Below are positions 39,556 through 51,900 of a stretch of 64,000 nucleotides of DNA, piece after piece (the first letter of the stretch is position 1; each line of letters opens with the position of its first letter). The notes under the pieces were generated by a model that saw only the letters and a list, made by a program, of their open reading frames with translations, was not told where the DNA came from and searched no databases. A program made the position numbers and the translations under genes. This DNA is from Hypanus sabinus (taxonomy: Eukaryota), in contig NC_082722.1 in assembly GCF_030144855.1 (NCBI RefSeq), forward strand, positions 20,274,001 through 20,338,000. The letters are read 5' to 3'.

Positions 39556-42500
39556 TCGAAAATAAAACTAAGTGAGGCGTTATATTTTTAAAGGAAGATG
39601 TAACATTTTTCACTAAATTCCAAACCTACACAAGGAAGCGCACTGACACTTTTCCGTGATAACGTCGTCACTTCAGCGCAGCTCCTTAATGTGAAACGAC
39701 AACTCAATTGCGTTACCCTACACAGCGCCTCCCACACCGCCAAAGCTGCAATGAGTCTGCAGTCGGAATGAGGTCACACTCAGTTTGGAGGAGAAACATC
39801 TTTTATTCCGTCAGGGTAGCCTGCAACCTGATGGCATGAAGATCGATTTACCGAGCTTCCCGTAATGTCCTCCTCCTTCAACATTCCCGATCACCAGTAC
39901 CCTCTGTCAACTTGACTCCTAATTTGCCTATCACCTCCCACCTGTGCTCCTCCGTCTTTTATTTTTCCCATGGCCCTCCATCCTCTCCTACCAGATTCCC
40001 GCTTCTCTAGCCCTGTATTTCTTTCAATAGTCAACTCTCCGGCCCTTTAGCTCAACCCAGCTCCCGCGTTCTCCTATCACCTTGTGGCTTTTCATCCCCT
40101 CCTGTCACTTTGTTATTTGACTCATCATCTTTTTTTCCCCAGTTCTGATGAAGGATCTCGGCATGAAACGCTGATTGTTCTATTTTCTATTGGTGCTGAC
40201 TTATTCGCTGATTTCTTCCAGCATTTTCCGTATGTTGTGATTCCTCTGTTTTAGCCGTTCTCGGTTCACTGCTTTTGAATAACGTGTTGAAGCACGTTAT
40301 TAGTATTTAATTGCTTAGGGGCTGAAGTACAGTAAGATACCCATGATGTCCGTATCAATCGTAATTGAATTGATTTATTCATGCTTGGATATGGTCTACA
40401 TCGTTCCATTTTGTGCCTGTTCATGTTCGAATAATCGAATGCCTTTAACGGGTGTGATAATATCAGTATTCTCTGGTAGCGAGTTCAAGCCGCCGAACAT
40501 TCTGTGTTTAAAATACTTGCCCAGTAAAGGTAATTTAATTTTCCCTCTTTTATCTCAAGGCTACGCCCTCCAATTACTGGCACTAATAGACACGAGCAAT
40601 ACTGACATGGAGAATGGCAAACCTAACATTATTATGAAATCCCTGTTGACGTGCGTATTAAGACACTGGTCAGGAGACAGAATCTTGTATCATCTGCAGG
40701 GAACAAGTTCGAGTGAGCCTCTTCAGAACTATAGAAATATTGTGGTACACTCGCGAGAAATCATGACCGCACAAATATGGCATAAAATATCTTGCAATGT
40801 TATATTAAGCGGAAAACGAGAAATAGCGACTCTGAAGAAACAACGTGATCATCTATACGTGGAGACACTGCCGATGTCTGAGCTGAAGGTTTTTATTTCT
40901 CCTCTGTATAACTGTGGTGAAAATCATGGCAACGATGAAATTAAGGGACTTAGTTAAGGGAATTCCATAGATTTCAAACATCCACATGTGAACAGGGGAG
41001 GAGTTGTGATGGGACGGAAGATGGGCGGGATGGGAGGTTGGTTCCAGCGTTTTAACAACACAGGGTGTTTGATGAGACCTGATCAAGGTCGACATCATAG
41101 GAAGTTCGGAGAGGAAATATAACGGCAATTGCAGTGATATGAATACCGCCTTTTACTACGATTGTGGCAACGGAACACAGCAGTGTGAGTAATGTGCATT
41201 TAATTAAAAGGACTGCAAGGATATACCGAGAGTTACAGGTGGCAAACCTGACATCGGTGCTGGGAAGACAATGGAGTGGATTCTGAGGTAGACCTTCTCT
41301 CAGAGCTTAAAGGCGATGACAGAATATGTAACAGTCAGTGTGGATTTGTCATGGGGAATATGTTCTCACATATTTCATTGATTTGTTTAAGATGTGAGGA
41401 ATAGATTTGCTGAGGGCAGGGCTGTAAGCTACACATTCATTGAGATTCACAACGTCCAGTATGGCAGACTAATATAGAAAGCCAGATTGCTTAGGAACCA
41501 GGGTTAGCCAGCCGATGAACTCGAGGGACCCGAAATGGTTTTGTATAACATAAAACGGTGATTTGCTATTCAAGAATGAAGGCCTCCAACTACTGGTGTA
41601 CTGAAGAGGGCGGTTCAGGATTTACTACTCTTTATCATGTACTTCTGAAACGCTTAAGAGGATAATATTTTTAACATCATTAATAACTTCGGGGAGGCAA
41701 CGAAATTGCTGTACATTAGAAAGTGAAAGCTCACCAACACTATGAAGTGGGAAAGTGGTCCCTCAAGGGCAGATATAATATAAGCTGGACAATGGCGAAA
41801 TGTTGCTTTTTGGTTGGATATAATAGAACTGGATTTACACAGTAAATTTTCCTGGTGTTTGAAGTAGAACACAGCGACTGACGGCAAGTGGCAATCGACG
41901 TGGACAGAATGGTAAAGAAGGTGTTTGTCTCACTTGACACAACAGTTGGGGCAGTGAGGGTAGAGTCTGGGATGCCCTGCTATACTGTACAAGTCGTTAG
42001 TGATACGCTCAGAGTATTCTGTGCATTACTAGCACGTACAAACACGCTGGAGGAAGGTTGACTGCTTGTTTCCACGAATGGTGCCCGACCTGCTGAGTTC
42101 CTCCCTCGTGTTTGTACGTGTTGATTTGACCACAGCATCTGCAGTGTACTTTGTGTTTTCTGAGCATTATTGATCTCCCAGCTATAGAAAATGGATGGAA
42201 GTCCTTAACGTACTGCAGAAAGTAGTCACGGGTATGTTCTCTGGAGAGCAAGCTTTTAACTGTAGGGCGAGGCTGCGTTATTCTTCCTTGATTTCACGAG
42301 GTTGAGCGATGACCTTATTTCGGGATTTTAAGCGACGAGGGGTTTAGGCAGACCGAGGTTACAGTATTTTACCCAGGATATTTTAATCGAAAATGAGTAC
42401 ACATCAATTCAAGGCGTCAGAGATAAGATCTAAAATGGGTATAGGGATTTTTTTCAAAAAATAGGAGCTTGGTAAATGTAAAATGTACGACAAGGTAGAG

Positions 42501-45500
42501 GTGGGTTCCGTAGCAAAGTGTGAAATACAGTTGGATTGGTATGTTAAGATGAGTTGAGAGAAATAAAGGATTGCAAGGGAGAAAAACGGTCCTCTGGGAG
42601 ATCAGAATGGAACCTATGCATGGATCCAACAGAGAAAGGGGAGATCTTAAATAGATTATTTGCATCCATATTTACTCGGTAGAAGGACACAGGTTCTGTA
42701 GAATTGACGCAAAGCAGCAGTGAAGCCATGGTCTTGTATCTCTTCATTCAAATCTTTGAAAATTGGTTCGAAGTCCAAAGGGAACCCAGCATGATCTATG
42801 ACTGTATGCTCCTTCTTCCCTTCTCTTATCTCCAGCGATCTCAGCATTTCTCCGTCAGATACAATACGTTACATTTAGTGCCTAATATTCTAACTTTCTG
42901 CATGTGTCTAACATTTTGTACAAATGTTCTTAAAATACTAATCACATCAGTAACAGAAGAGATTTTGCAGAATCGCTTGTAATCCATAATAACACACTTA
43001 ACATTGTAAAGGAGCTCAGCCGGGAAAGAAGCATATATGAAAGTGAACAAACTGTCGAAGTTTGTGGTCAAGACCCTCCATCAGCATTGGAAAGGAAAAG
43101 GGAAGATGTCAGAATACTAAAGCGGGAGAGTGAAAGGAGGACTTACAAGAAGGTCATGGGTAAAGGCAGGTGAGAGGGGGAGAGGTGATGGACTAAAAAC
43201 TGGGAAGTTATAGATGGAAAAGGAAAAGTACTGTAGAAGGAGGAATCTGATAAGATAGATTAGACCGTGCGAGAAAGGGAAGAAGGAATGGCACAAAAGA
43301 GGGGATATAGGTAGATGAGGAGAAGAGGTAGGAGGCTAGCGTGTGGAAATGAGGAAAAAGGAAGTGTGAGAAAAAATTAATGAAAAGAGAAATCTATGTT
43401 CATGCCATCAGATTGGGCTGTTTGGGGCCCTGAGTAGCAGTGACAAATTATATCACTTAAGAATAATTTTCATGTTGTCTTGTTCAGACAGGGACATTTT
43501 CCTTCCATTTATATTTACATTACAGATTCGAAACCAGATGCACTCTTCACCCAGGGATCTACTCAACTCAGTACAAGTTTGACAACATTTCAGAGTCATT
43601 TATAGAGGAAAGTTATTCTGGAATCTACCTCGGTATTGTAATTCATCAGACAAATAAAAAAAGACATTCTTCATAGGAAGGCCACTTCTGTGTTTTTTTT
43701 TAACTGCATGTTAAGCCATATTGAAAAACATTGACAAAATTCCCCCTCGATTCCATTATCTTCTGAATCAAATGAAAGTCATTCTCAATACTTCGCCATG
43801 TACTCCCTCATGACAGGGTAGTCAAGGTTTGCGGCTCGAAAAGTCAACTCTTCATTCCTCTACATTGACTCCACTTCACTCTTGGTCCTCTGGATAAACA
43901 AAATGTTTCTCTTGACATTGATATGCTTGTGAATTTGCTGTACTACTGTAATGTATAACTGGTTCTGCAGTTGTGTTGGATTTTACTTGATGTTGTGATA
44001 ACTCTTCACATTATTCACTTTGCAGAATGTTTAAACCGTAGAATCGAAACATGAACATTGCAGAACAAAATGAGAAACTTTTAGTTGGGAGGAAGCGGTT
44101 TCTAAATTATTCATTTTAACTTTGAGCCATTGTTTTTAACCTGAGCGTTGAAATTAAAAATAAACAAGCCTTCAAATCGATTTTTGAGCTAGAAGCAAAC
44201 TGTACCCACAAAAACTTTCGATAATATTATTAGGCTCATTAGTGCATTTCTATTTTCTTCTATTTGTAACTTACTGTTGACCTGTGTGAATACTTTGTTG
44301 CAGATCTTAAGCTAAAAAAAATATATTGAATTGTGGTGTACAGCACGTAAGAGACCCGTCTCGAACATACGGAATGACATATTTATACAACTGTTATTTT
44401 CCTTTCCTCTACCACTTCCTCTGGCAACATGTTTTATACATCTAACCTACTATGTATTAAAACCCTGCCATGCAGAGTTCTCCTTTCAATATTTCTTCTC
44501 TCAATTCAGAACGATGTCCTCTAGCTTTAGTTCCCCTGGCTTGGGAAATTGACTCTGAGAATCCACAATATTATAACTGTAGCAAAGTTTATCCAGGTTA
44601 CATGTTATCCTCCAGTCCGCTATACTCCAGAGTCAAATAAAAACCCTTTCTATACAATCCCACCATGCCAATACAGTCACCCCTTCAAGGCCATATCCCG
44701 GTGTATTTCTGCTGCAATCTTTCTAACTCTACCACATGCATTCTATCTTGCGGTGACCAGAAGAACACACAACGCTCCAAGGGTGGCCTAGCCAATGGCT
44801 ATAGCTGAAGCATGATGTCCCAACACATGGTCATACACTGGTAAGACAGCAAGTTGGCCAAAAGCCCTCTTATCTTATAACCGGATATATCGTCATTTCA
44901 AGAGACTCTCCGCGTGTCCCCGAAGTTTCCTCTGTACCTCAACGCTTAAATACTGTATATTTCCTGTCTGTGCCAGTGGCTAGGTAAATTATAAATACAG
45001 GAGTTTCTGAAGATGCTGAAATCCAGAGTAATAAACACAAAATCCTGCAGGAACTTAGCAGGACTCACAGTATTAATGAGAAGGAATGAACTGTTGCCTT
45101 TTCGAGCCGAAAACCTTGATTAACTTTCTTCGAGATACGAAGCAATGTCCCCTCTAATTTTGCAGCAGCGTGGACTGACAATCGCTCTGAGCAGGAAATT
45201 CTTACACGGCCTCTCCGAAGATTATGCACGGGCTGGTAACTTATTAACAACGTGCGATCGATTTCCAGATTGAGCTTGTTGTGAAATTTGTACCACTGTT
45301 GTAACTAGCAACACTGACAATGTAAGAACGTTGAAGCTCTAAAGTGCTTTACATTAAAGTTGTCGTTTATTCATTATGCAAAAACATAGTGGTTTATATT
45401 CATTAGCCCACAATTATATGGTATTTCTCAAATGCATTAACAGAGATTGCATAATCATATTAGTATAATTTCAAAATTAGATTAACATTATCTAAAATGA

Positions 45501-48298
45501 ACTTTGATCTGCGGGTCAGCAAAGGCTATGAACGCAGGAGCAGTTCAACTACTACGCGGCTGCATACCCGCACAGATTAATTGGAACAGTGGGGGCACGT
45601 TTATACAGACCATGTACAGAGGAGGCTGGTTTACTAATGAACTGAACTGCGTCTTCAAGCATCTGTAATTTTGTTCTTGATGCCATGCCCCGTCTCCCGC
45701 TGTCAAATTTTTGAGTACTACCATTGACTTCAATCTTACAAAGAGCTTTGATTCACGTCAAGGGTAAATATTGATGTACAAGCACTTCCCATTGTGATCA
45801 TTACAGACGCGAATTCAGCTCCTACGGAATAAAGCACCATTTTCATATCGACATGTAGATAAAGTACTCGTCCAGTGAAAGATGTAACATTTTCGGTGGA
45901 TTAAAAAAAGGTTCATTCTGAAAAAAGTAGCCAATGAATAAACAAAGCAACCCTCTTTGAATTCCGGTCAAAAAGTTTAACGATGTCCATAAAACCTGAA
46001 TTTTTTAACAACATTTCAATGAAGGCCAGTAGGGAACCATTGTCCGACCTCCTGCATGACACTATGCATTGATATTTGTAAATATATCACTGTTCCTGAG
46101 TTACCGGAAGTCTTAGCCAAAAGGATAGGCAAATGCTTTCTTCTCAGCCGAACGCGACGGAAGAATTAAATTTTGCCTCACGAGGGAGTAAACTTACTTG
46201 CTGTTATTTTACATAGTTTACACATTGCATTACCTCGAAACCTTACCACTGAATTCAATACTGCCATATATCGGTTTTCCTGTGGGTTGGAGCACAATTT
46301 AGTGGATGTTTACGAGATGCCAAAATCACTTTTTGTTGTTTACTTCTTATAAGGTATTCCAGCTACCGAAATATTTGGTCTGAAATACAACGAAGCTGCT
46401 CGACGAATTCATTGGGCTATACAATGTGGGTGAAGGCAAGAGAATGGTTAAAGTTTTGCGATCGAGACTCGGGAGCAGAGTGTGGAAGGAAGATACTCAA
46501 TAAATAAATATGAGAAGGAGGTGTGTGACGGAAGCTGTCAGGTGATAAGTGGAAGCAAACTGTGGGCTGGAGTGGCGGAGTGGTTGCAAGCTGAGCGAAT
46601 TTCGCTTCTTTCTAACTGACGGCTTCTTCAATTTGCATTAAAAAACAAAGTTTGTCTCGCCAATCGCGGCGAATCTCTCGATTTTCTTTTTTACATCGTC
46701 AGATGAATATCGAGTTAAATCATTGGGGCATATTTAATAGAAAGTAGTTTTTTTAACTTTAAATCATTGAGAATTGTGCAATGGACCAGTTGAGGAGGTT
46801 ATGACTGAGCATATCAGACATTATCACATTGAACGGCCTGGCAGTAGAGAGAGACGGAATGGCGGATCCCGATTCATAACTTTCTTACTTTTTTTTATGT
46901 TCAATGAATGAATCGGAGAAATGTCGAAGACGAAAATGACCTCTTCTCTTCCCAACTCATATGTATGATATCGATTGTCATTTTTTTGTCTGGATGTAGG
47001 GAATGAAACGAAGCAATGCCTCGGGTCTGTACTCATTGGTGGTCTACAGCTCGGAACTATAACTGGATTCTCAGCTACACAACTTCCTTGGTGTGTTTAC
47101 TATATATCTGCGCTCAATGTATGTTTGCGTTGAAATTTGGATGCTGATGTGTTCATGGAATTGTAAGGCTGCAGAGCTGCGCAAGTCAGTTTGTCAGCTC
47201 CATTTTTAGATTGTGGAAGTAATATCAAACTGGAGAATCCAGTGACTAATCGAATCAAACGATCGCAAAATATATTAGTGATGTACTTATCAAATTGAAC
47301 TTTAGATTTCTACCGGGTTAAAAGTTGATGTCAGCATTCTTCAAAATTTCCCTTTTTGAATCATATAGAGTTTGAACGGCAAGAGCCTATCTAATCCCAC
47401 AGAAGAATAACTGTTTCGTTCCTTATTTAAAATGAATGTACTCAAAATCTAATTAGGAGAGTAGAGAATTCATTGAAGTAAAAGTCATATTACTTATTAT
47501 TTGTCTAACTCACAATACCAGCACATTTTTCGTTATTTCTGCTGATTTTCGCAACCTGATACAACTACTAAGCACACAAGAGGTTGTTTCACTGCAATTG
47601 AAGTTTAACTTGAAATTGAGCTTCTCGCGAGAGGACCTGACGATATCGTGATGATACATCATCAGTGATATTGATGTTATGCAAGCTGACGTATATGAAC
47701 TAGAGCAGATTTTTGAATCCCTTTAAACTGATATCTCTGACGTTCTTTTGAAATTGAAAACAATGTGTATTGATAAGGGCAGAATGAAATTTCGCTCGTC
47801 TGTCGCAATGTCCGCTATGCTTATTCTTATCTTTCAGTATTATTTCAGCCTTCGCTCTTTAGTTTCCATGCACTAGATAAGGAAAACCAACCCGGGGGAC
47901 GCGCATTCGTTCACAGTCCACAGAACCGAAGCCTTTTTCGATTTTCAGCTTCTCGCTTCTTGCTGATGCTTCACATCAGCGTACACTGAATCCTTGTTGC
48001 CGTGCTTAAATACCGGTATTTTATTGTTTGGAAGCTGTAGAGCGGCATATGTCAGCTTTTCATCTCCAACACGTCGAGTCTGTGGAAATAATTCAATATC
48101 GAGTCTTTGTCAATTGTCCAGCAAAAAAGCGAAACGATAAATTTTAAGATACAGTTGTAAAGTATGTAATAATTTTCATTTTCAGATTACAGCCATTTAA
48201 AACCGTTTGTACTCAAAGAGGCAAAAGAGAAACCGCTGTTTCTTTTTGCCTCACTGAAGTTTCGTTGCCACGTTTGACATTATTTTATAATGTATTAT

Positions 48299-48304
48299 TT
48301 TATT
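48299..48304 (-). terminator. Candidate polyadenylation signal (AATAAA) for the receptor gene
   Basis: First clear minus-strand AATAAA seen, ~555 nt past the stop codon; another at 48020-48025. Confidence 0.3.
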
Positions 48305-48857
48305 CGGAAACTAATCTGCTCCCGGACTCGGGCTTCTTACGAAGTTCCGGGAAGTGGTCTGACCACTGCACATGTAGCACCCAGGCCTTTCGGTGTATGC
48401 AGAGGCGCTGGTGCTCATCAGCCAGATCCCCAGCTATGGTAAATATCCCCATTTCCGTGGGGCAGCCTCGGGAGAGATAAAACCCACGGGTTCACTCCAG
48501 GCAGCAAATCCGGGGTGGAGCAACCAATGCGGCTGGAAGTTATTGAACATCATTCCGGCAGCTCCTGCAGCCAAGCCGGAGACACACGCATTGCTTTATC
48601 ACGTGTCCTTTGGAGTACGCTGCTGAGGCCGTGGGGGGGGGGGGGGAATTTCACGAATGGACGTCTTAGGATTTCCATATCCTCCGCATTGGCTTGTGAT
48701 ACTTGTGATAATGATGATCATCAGCGACTGCCCTTGGAGAGAGAAAAAACAGGGCCAACCACAAAAATTGGACCCATACTTTTTTTTTTCATAGTTGAAG
48801 ACATAAATGGTAATTAATTCTTCGACACACCATGCAGATTATGCATCTCCCTCGCCC

Positions 48858-48986
48858 CTAATCTCTTGACTTTACCTTTGCATAGACAACATTTTCGTCC
48901 TGGTGTCTGACCTTGTGAATTATTTTGTTTTCTTTCACGTTTAGTGTAGCGTAGGGAAGCGCATTCTCAACTGGCGCGAGTCCAGC
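48858..48986 (-). CDS. Exon 6, terminal cytoplasmic exon with two ITIMs (LPYATL, VVYAKV)
   Basis: Acceptor ctacctgtttgtaacag|, phase 0, 42 codons plus TAG; both motifs fit (I/V/L/S)xYxx(L/V). Confidence 0.88.
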   Translation of the reverse strand, partial: AGLAPVENALPYATLNVKENKIIHKVRHQDENVVYAKVKSRD

Positions 48987-51900
48987 CTGTTACAAACAGG
49001 TAGTTAACATTATAAACAAGTCTAATGAAATTCCAATTCCATAAAGAGAAAATAATTATGAAAACGTATCCGTAAATGAGTAAACATGCGGCATAATAAC
49101 ATTCTAATACCAGTGAATGATATTGCAATGTATATTATTTCAGAAACGGTGCGAAATGTGTTTTCCCCAGTGCTGAAAGTCCCTTTGTTCTTTTAAGATT
49201 GAAATTGATCTTCAAGAAATACTTAAAAGCTATTCTACGAGAAGGATGAGTTTCTCATCTCCCGTCATATTTTTCCTTCCGCGGTCATTTCCGTTTTTCC
49301 TCCTTTCTCCAACAGTTTACGAAGGGACAACTGTCTCCTTTGTAGTCCTCCGACCCCACAGACTATTGAAGGAACGTTTTACCGACCAGTTTGTCACCGG
49401 CTTTCATGCACAAGCAGACATATCCATACTTAGGTCGTAATTCATAATAATATTCCTCTACCAATAAGTTTGTGCAGAGCAAGAGGATAAGATATTAGGG
49501 AAAAGGACCAAACAAGTGTGACAAGGGGAAGGATGTATGGAACCGCAAGAGTTCGCAGAGGCACTTCATGAGCACTTTTCTTCAGTATTCACTACGGAAA
49601 AGGATCTTGGAGATTGTCGGACTGACTTATAGGGGACTAAAAAGCTTGAACATGTAGATATTAATAAACAGGATGTGCTGGAGCTTTGAGAAAGCATCAA
49701 GTTGGATAAGTCACCGAGGGCGGACGAGATGCTTCTTAGGGTACAGTGGGAGGCAAGAGGATATTGCTAAGCCTCTGGCGATAATCTTTGCATCAGCAAT
49801 GGGGGTGGAATAGGTTCTGTAGGTTTGCAGGGTTGCGGATCTTGTTCCCTTATACAAGAAAGGCAGTAGAGATAGCCCAGGAAACTATAGCCCAGTGAGT
49901 CTTACGTCAGTGGTTGTTACTGTGATGGAGAAGTTCCTGGGAGGCAGAATTTATGAACATTTGGAGAGGCATAATATGATTAGGAATAGTCAGCATGGCT
50001 TTGTCAAAGACAGGTGATGCCTTACGAGCCTGATAGAATTCTTTTGAGGATGCGATTAAACACATTGATGAAGGTAGAGCAGTAGAGGTAATGAATATGG
50101 ATACCAGGAAAGCATTTGTCAACCTACCCCATGCAAAGCTTATAGAGCAATTAAGGGTGCATGGGATCCAAGCAGATACTGCTTTGTGGATCCTAAACTG
50201 GCTAGCCCACAGAAGACAAACAGTAGTTGAGGACGGGTCATATTGTGCATAGACGTCGGTGACCAGTGGTTTGCCTCAGGGATCTGTTCTGGGACCCGTA
50301 CTCTTCCTGATTTTTATAAATGACCTGGATGAAGATGTGGAGGCATGGGTTAGTAAATTTGCTGATGACACAAACGTTGGAGGTGTTGTGGATAGTGTGG
50401 ACGGCTGTCACATGTTATTGCGGGATAATGATAGGATGCAGCACTGTGCATATTTGCAACAAGTGGCAATAAGTGAGACGCAACAAGTGGCAGATGGAGT
50501 TCCACTCAGATAAGTGTAAGGTGCATCATTTTAGTTGGTCAAATGTGAGGACAGAATAGAATATTAAAAGTAAGACTCTTGCCAGTATGGAGAATCACAG
50601 AGATTCATGTCCATAGGATACTCAAAGCTGCTGCGAATGCTGACGCTGTGCTTAAGAAAGCATACGAGGCTTTGGCCTTCATCAATCGTATGATGGCGTT
50701 TAGCAGCCAGGGGGTAATGTTGCAGCTCTATAGGACCTTTGATAGTCCCCACTTGGAGTACTCTGCTCAGTTCTCGTCACCTCAGTATGGGAAAGATGTG
50801 GAAAACACAGAAAGGGTGCAGTGCAGATTTACAAGTATTTTGTTTGGATGGCAGAGCATACCTTATGAGAATAGGCTGAGTGAGCACGGCCTTTTTTCTT
50901 TGGAGGATCGGGGGATGAGAGGTGACCTGATAGAGGTGTATAAGATGAAGAGAGGCATTGATCATGTGGATAGTCAGAGGATTTTTCCCAGGGCTGAAAT
51001 GGCTAGCACGAGAAGTCACAGTTTTATTCTGCTTGGAAGTAGTTACGGGGAGATGTCGTGCGTTGTTTTTTTTATGTAGAGTGTTGAGTGCGTGGAATGG
51101 GCTTCCAGCGACGGTGGTGGAGGCGGATACTAATGGGTGTTTTAAGAGACTCCTGGATATATACATGGATCTCAGAAAAGTAGAGTGTTGTGGATAAACA
51201 TAGGTAATTTCTAAGGTAAGAATATGTTCGGCACAGCTGTGTGGGCCAAAGGACCTGTATTGTGCTATAGTTTTTCTACATTTATAATATACCCCTCTCA
51301 GAAGCAAAAAAGAAGTTGATTCACTCACCGGTTCTCCACTCTGACATGCTTCCTCAGCGTTTGTTTTATTACCTAAGGGAATTAAAATATACGACACCTT
51401 AAATAATAGTGCTAATGTTAGAAAATGTGAAGTTGCGCATTGGATTGTAATCAAATTTGTTGCCGAAAGTTGAAACTAATATTCAAAGCAGTAGTGGTGT
51501 ACATTGTGGCCATGAAATGTGTTGTGCATGACATTTCATGAATGTGATGGATCTAGATTTTGATTGAAAGAGCAGAGTGGCGGTAGCATAACATCAGTCA
51601 TTTTATATCTCAAAGGAACTAAACTCTAACAGTAAGATCATCATTACTTGTGTAAATTCGCCGCAGGAAGTCACAGTCTGAAAACCCTTGGTGACTGAAA
51701 ATCGTTGGTACAAGGGATGATTGTATAAATTGAACGGGAATGTAAAATTATCGTGTTATTTATAATATGTATTTTGGAATGTGAATTGGATAATGCATTG
51801 GAAATCTTGATTCTCTCATTATCATTTCTGTTTTCAATCTGCAGAGGTAATAAATCTAAATTCTTGTCAAATAATTTATGTTCTTACCACGTTTTGGCTT

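Larger units (their letters stand above)
31781..50690 (+). repeat. Segmental duplication, copy B
   Basis: Direct repeat of 41-17080. Has ~1 kb extra at ~37850-38895 and ~40390-41390, and lacks ~290 bp (A 9615-9905) at ~43415. Confidence 0.95.

Noticed and set aside
40343-40957. 204-aa plus-strand ORF
   Set aside because: No recognisable domain. The DNA aligns to the non-coding 5' flank of copy C, where no equivalent long ORF is listed, and is deleted in copy A. Likely chance.
51511-51540. 10-bp perfect inverted repeat (catgaaatgt…acatttcatg) in intron 4
   Set aside because: Short and AT-rich, no other support; plausible by chance in 64 kb
51790-51838. Acceptor 49 nt after the TM donor
   Set aside because: Intron too short for a typical vertebrate intron and gives an immediate stop
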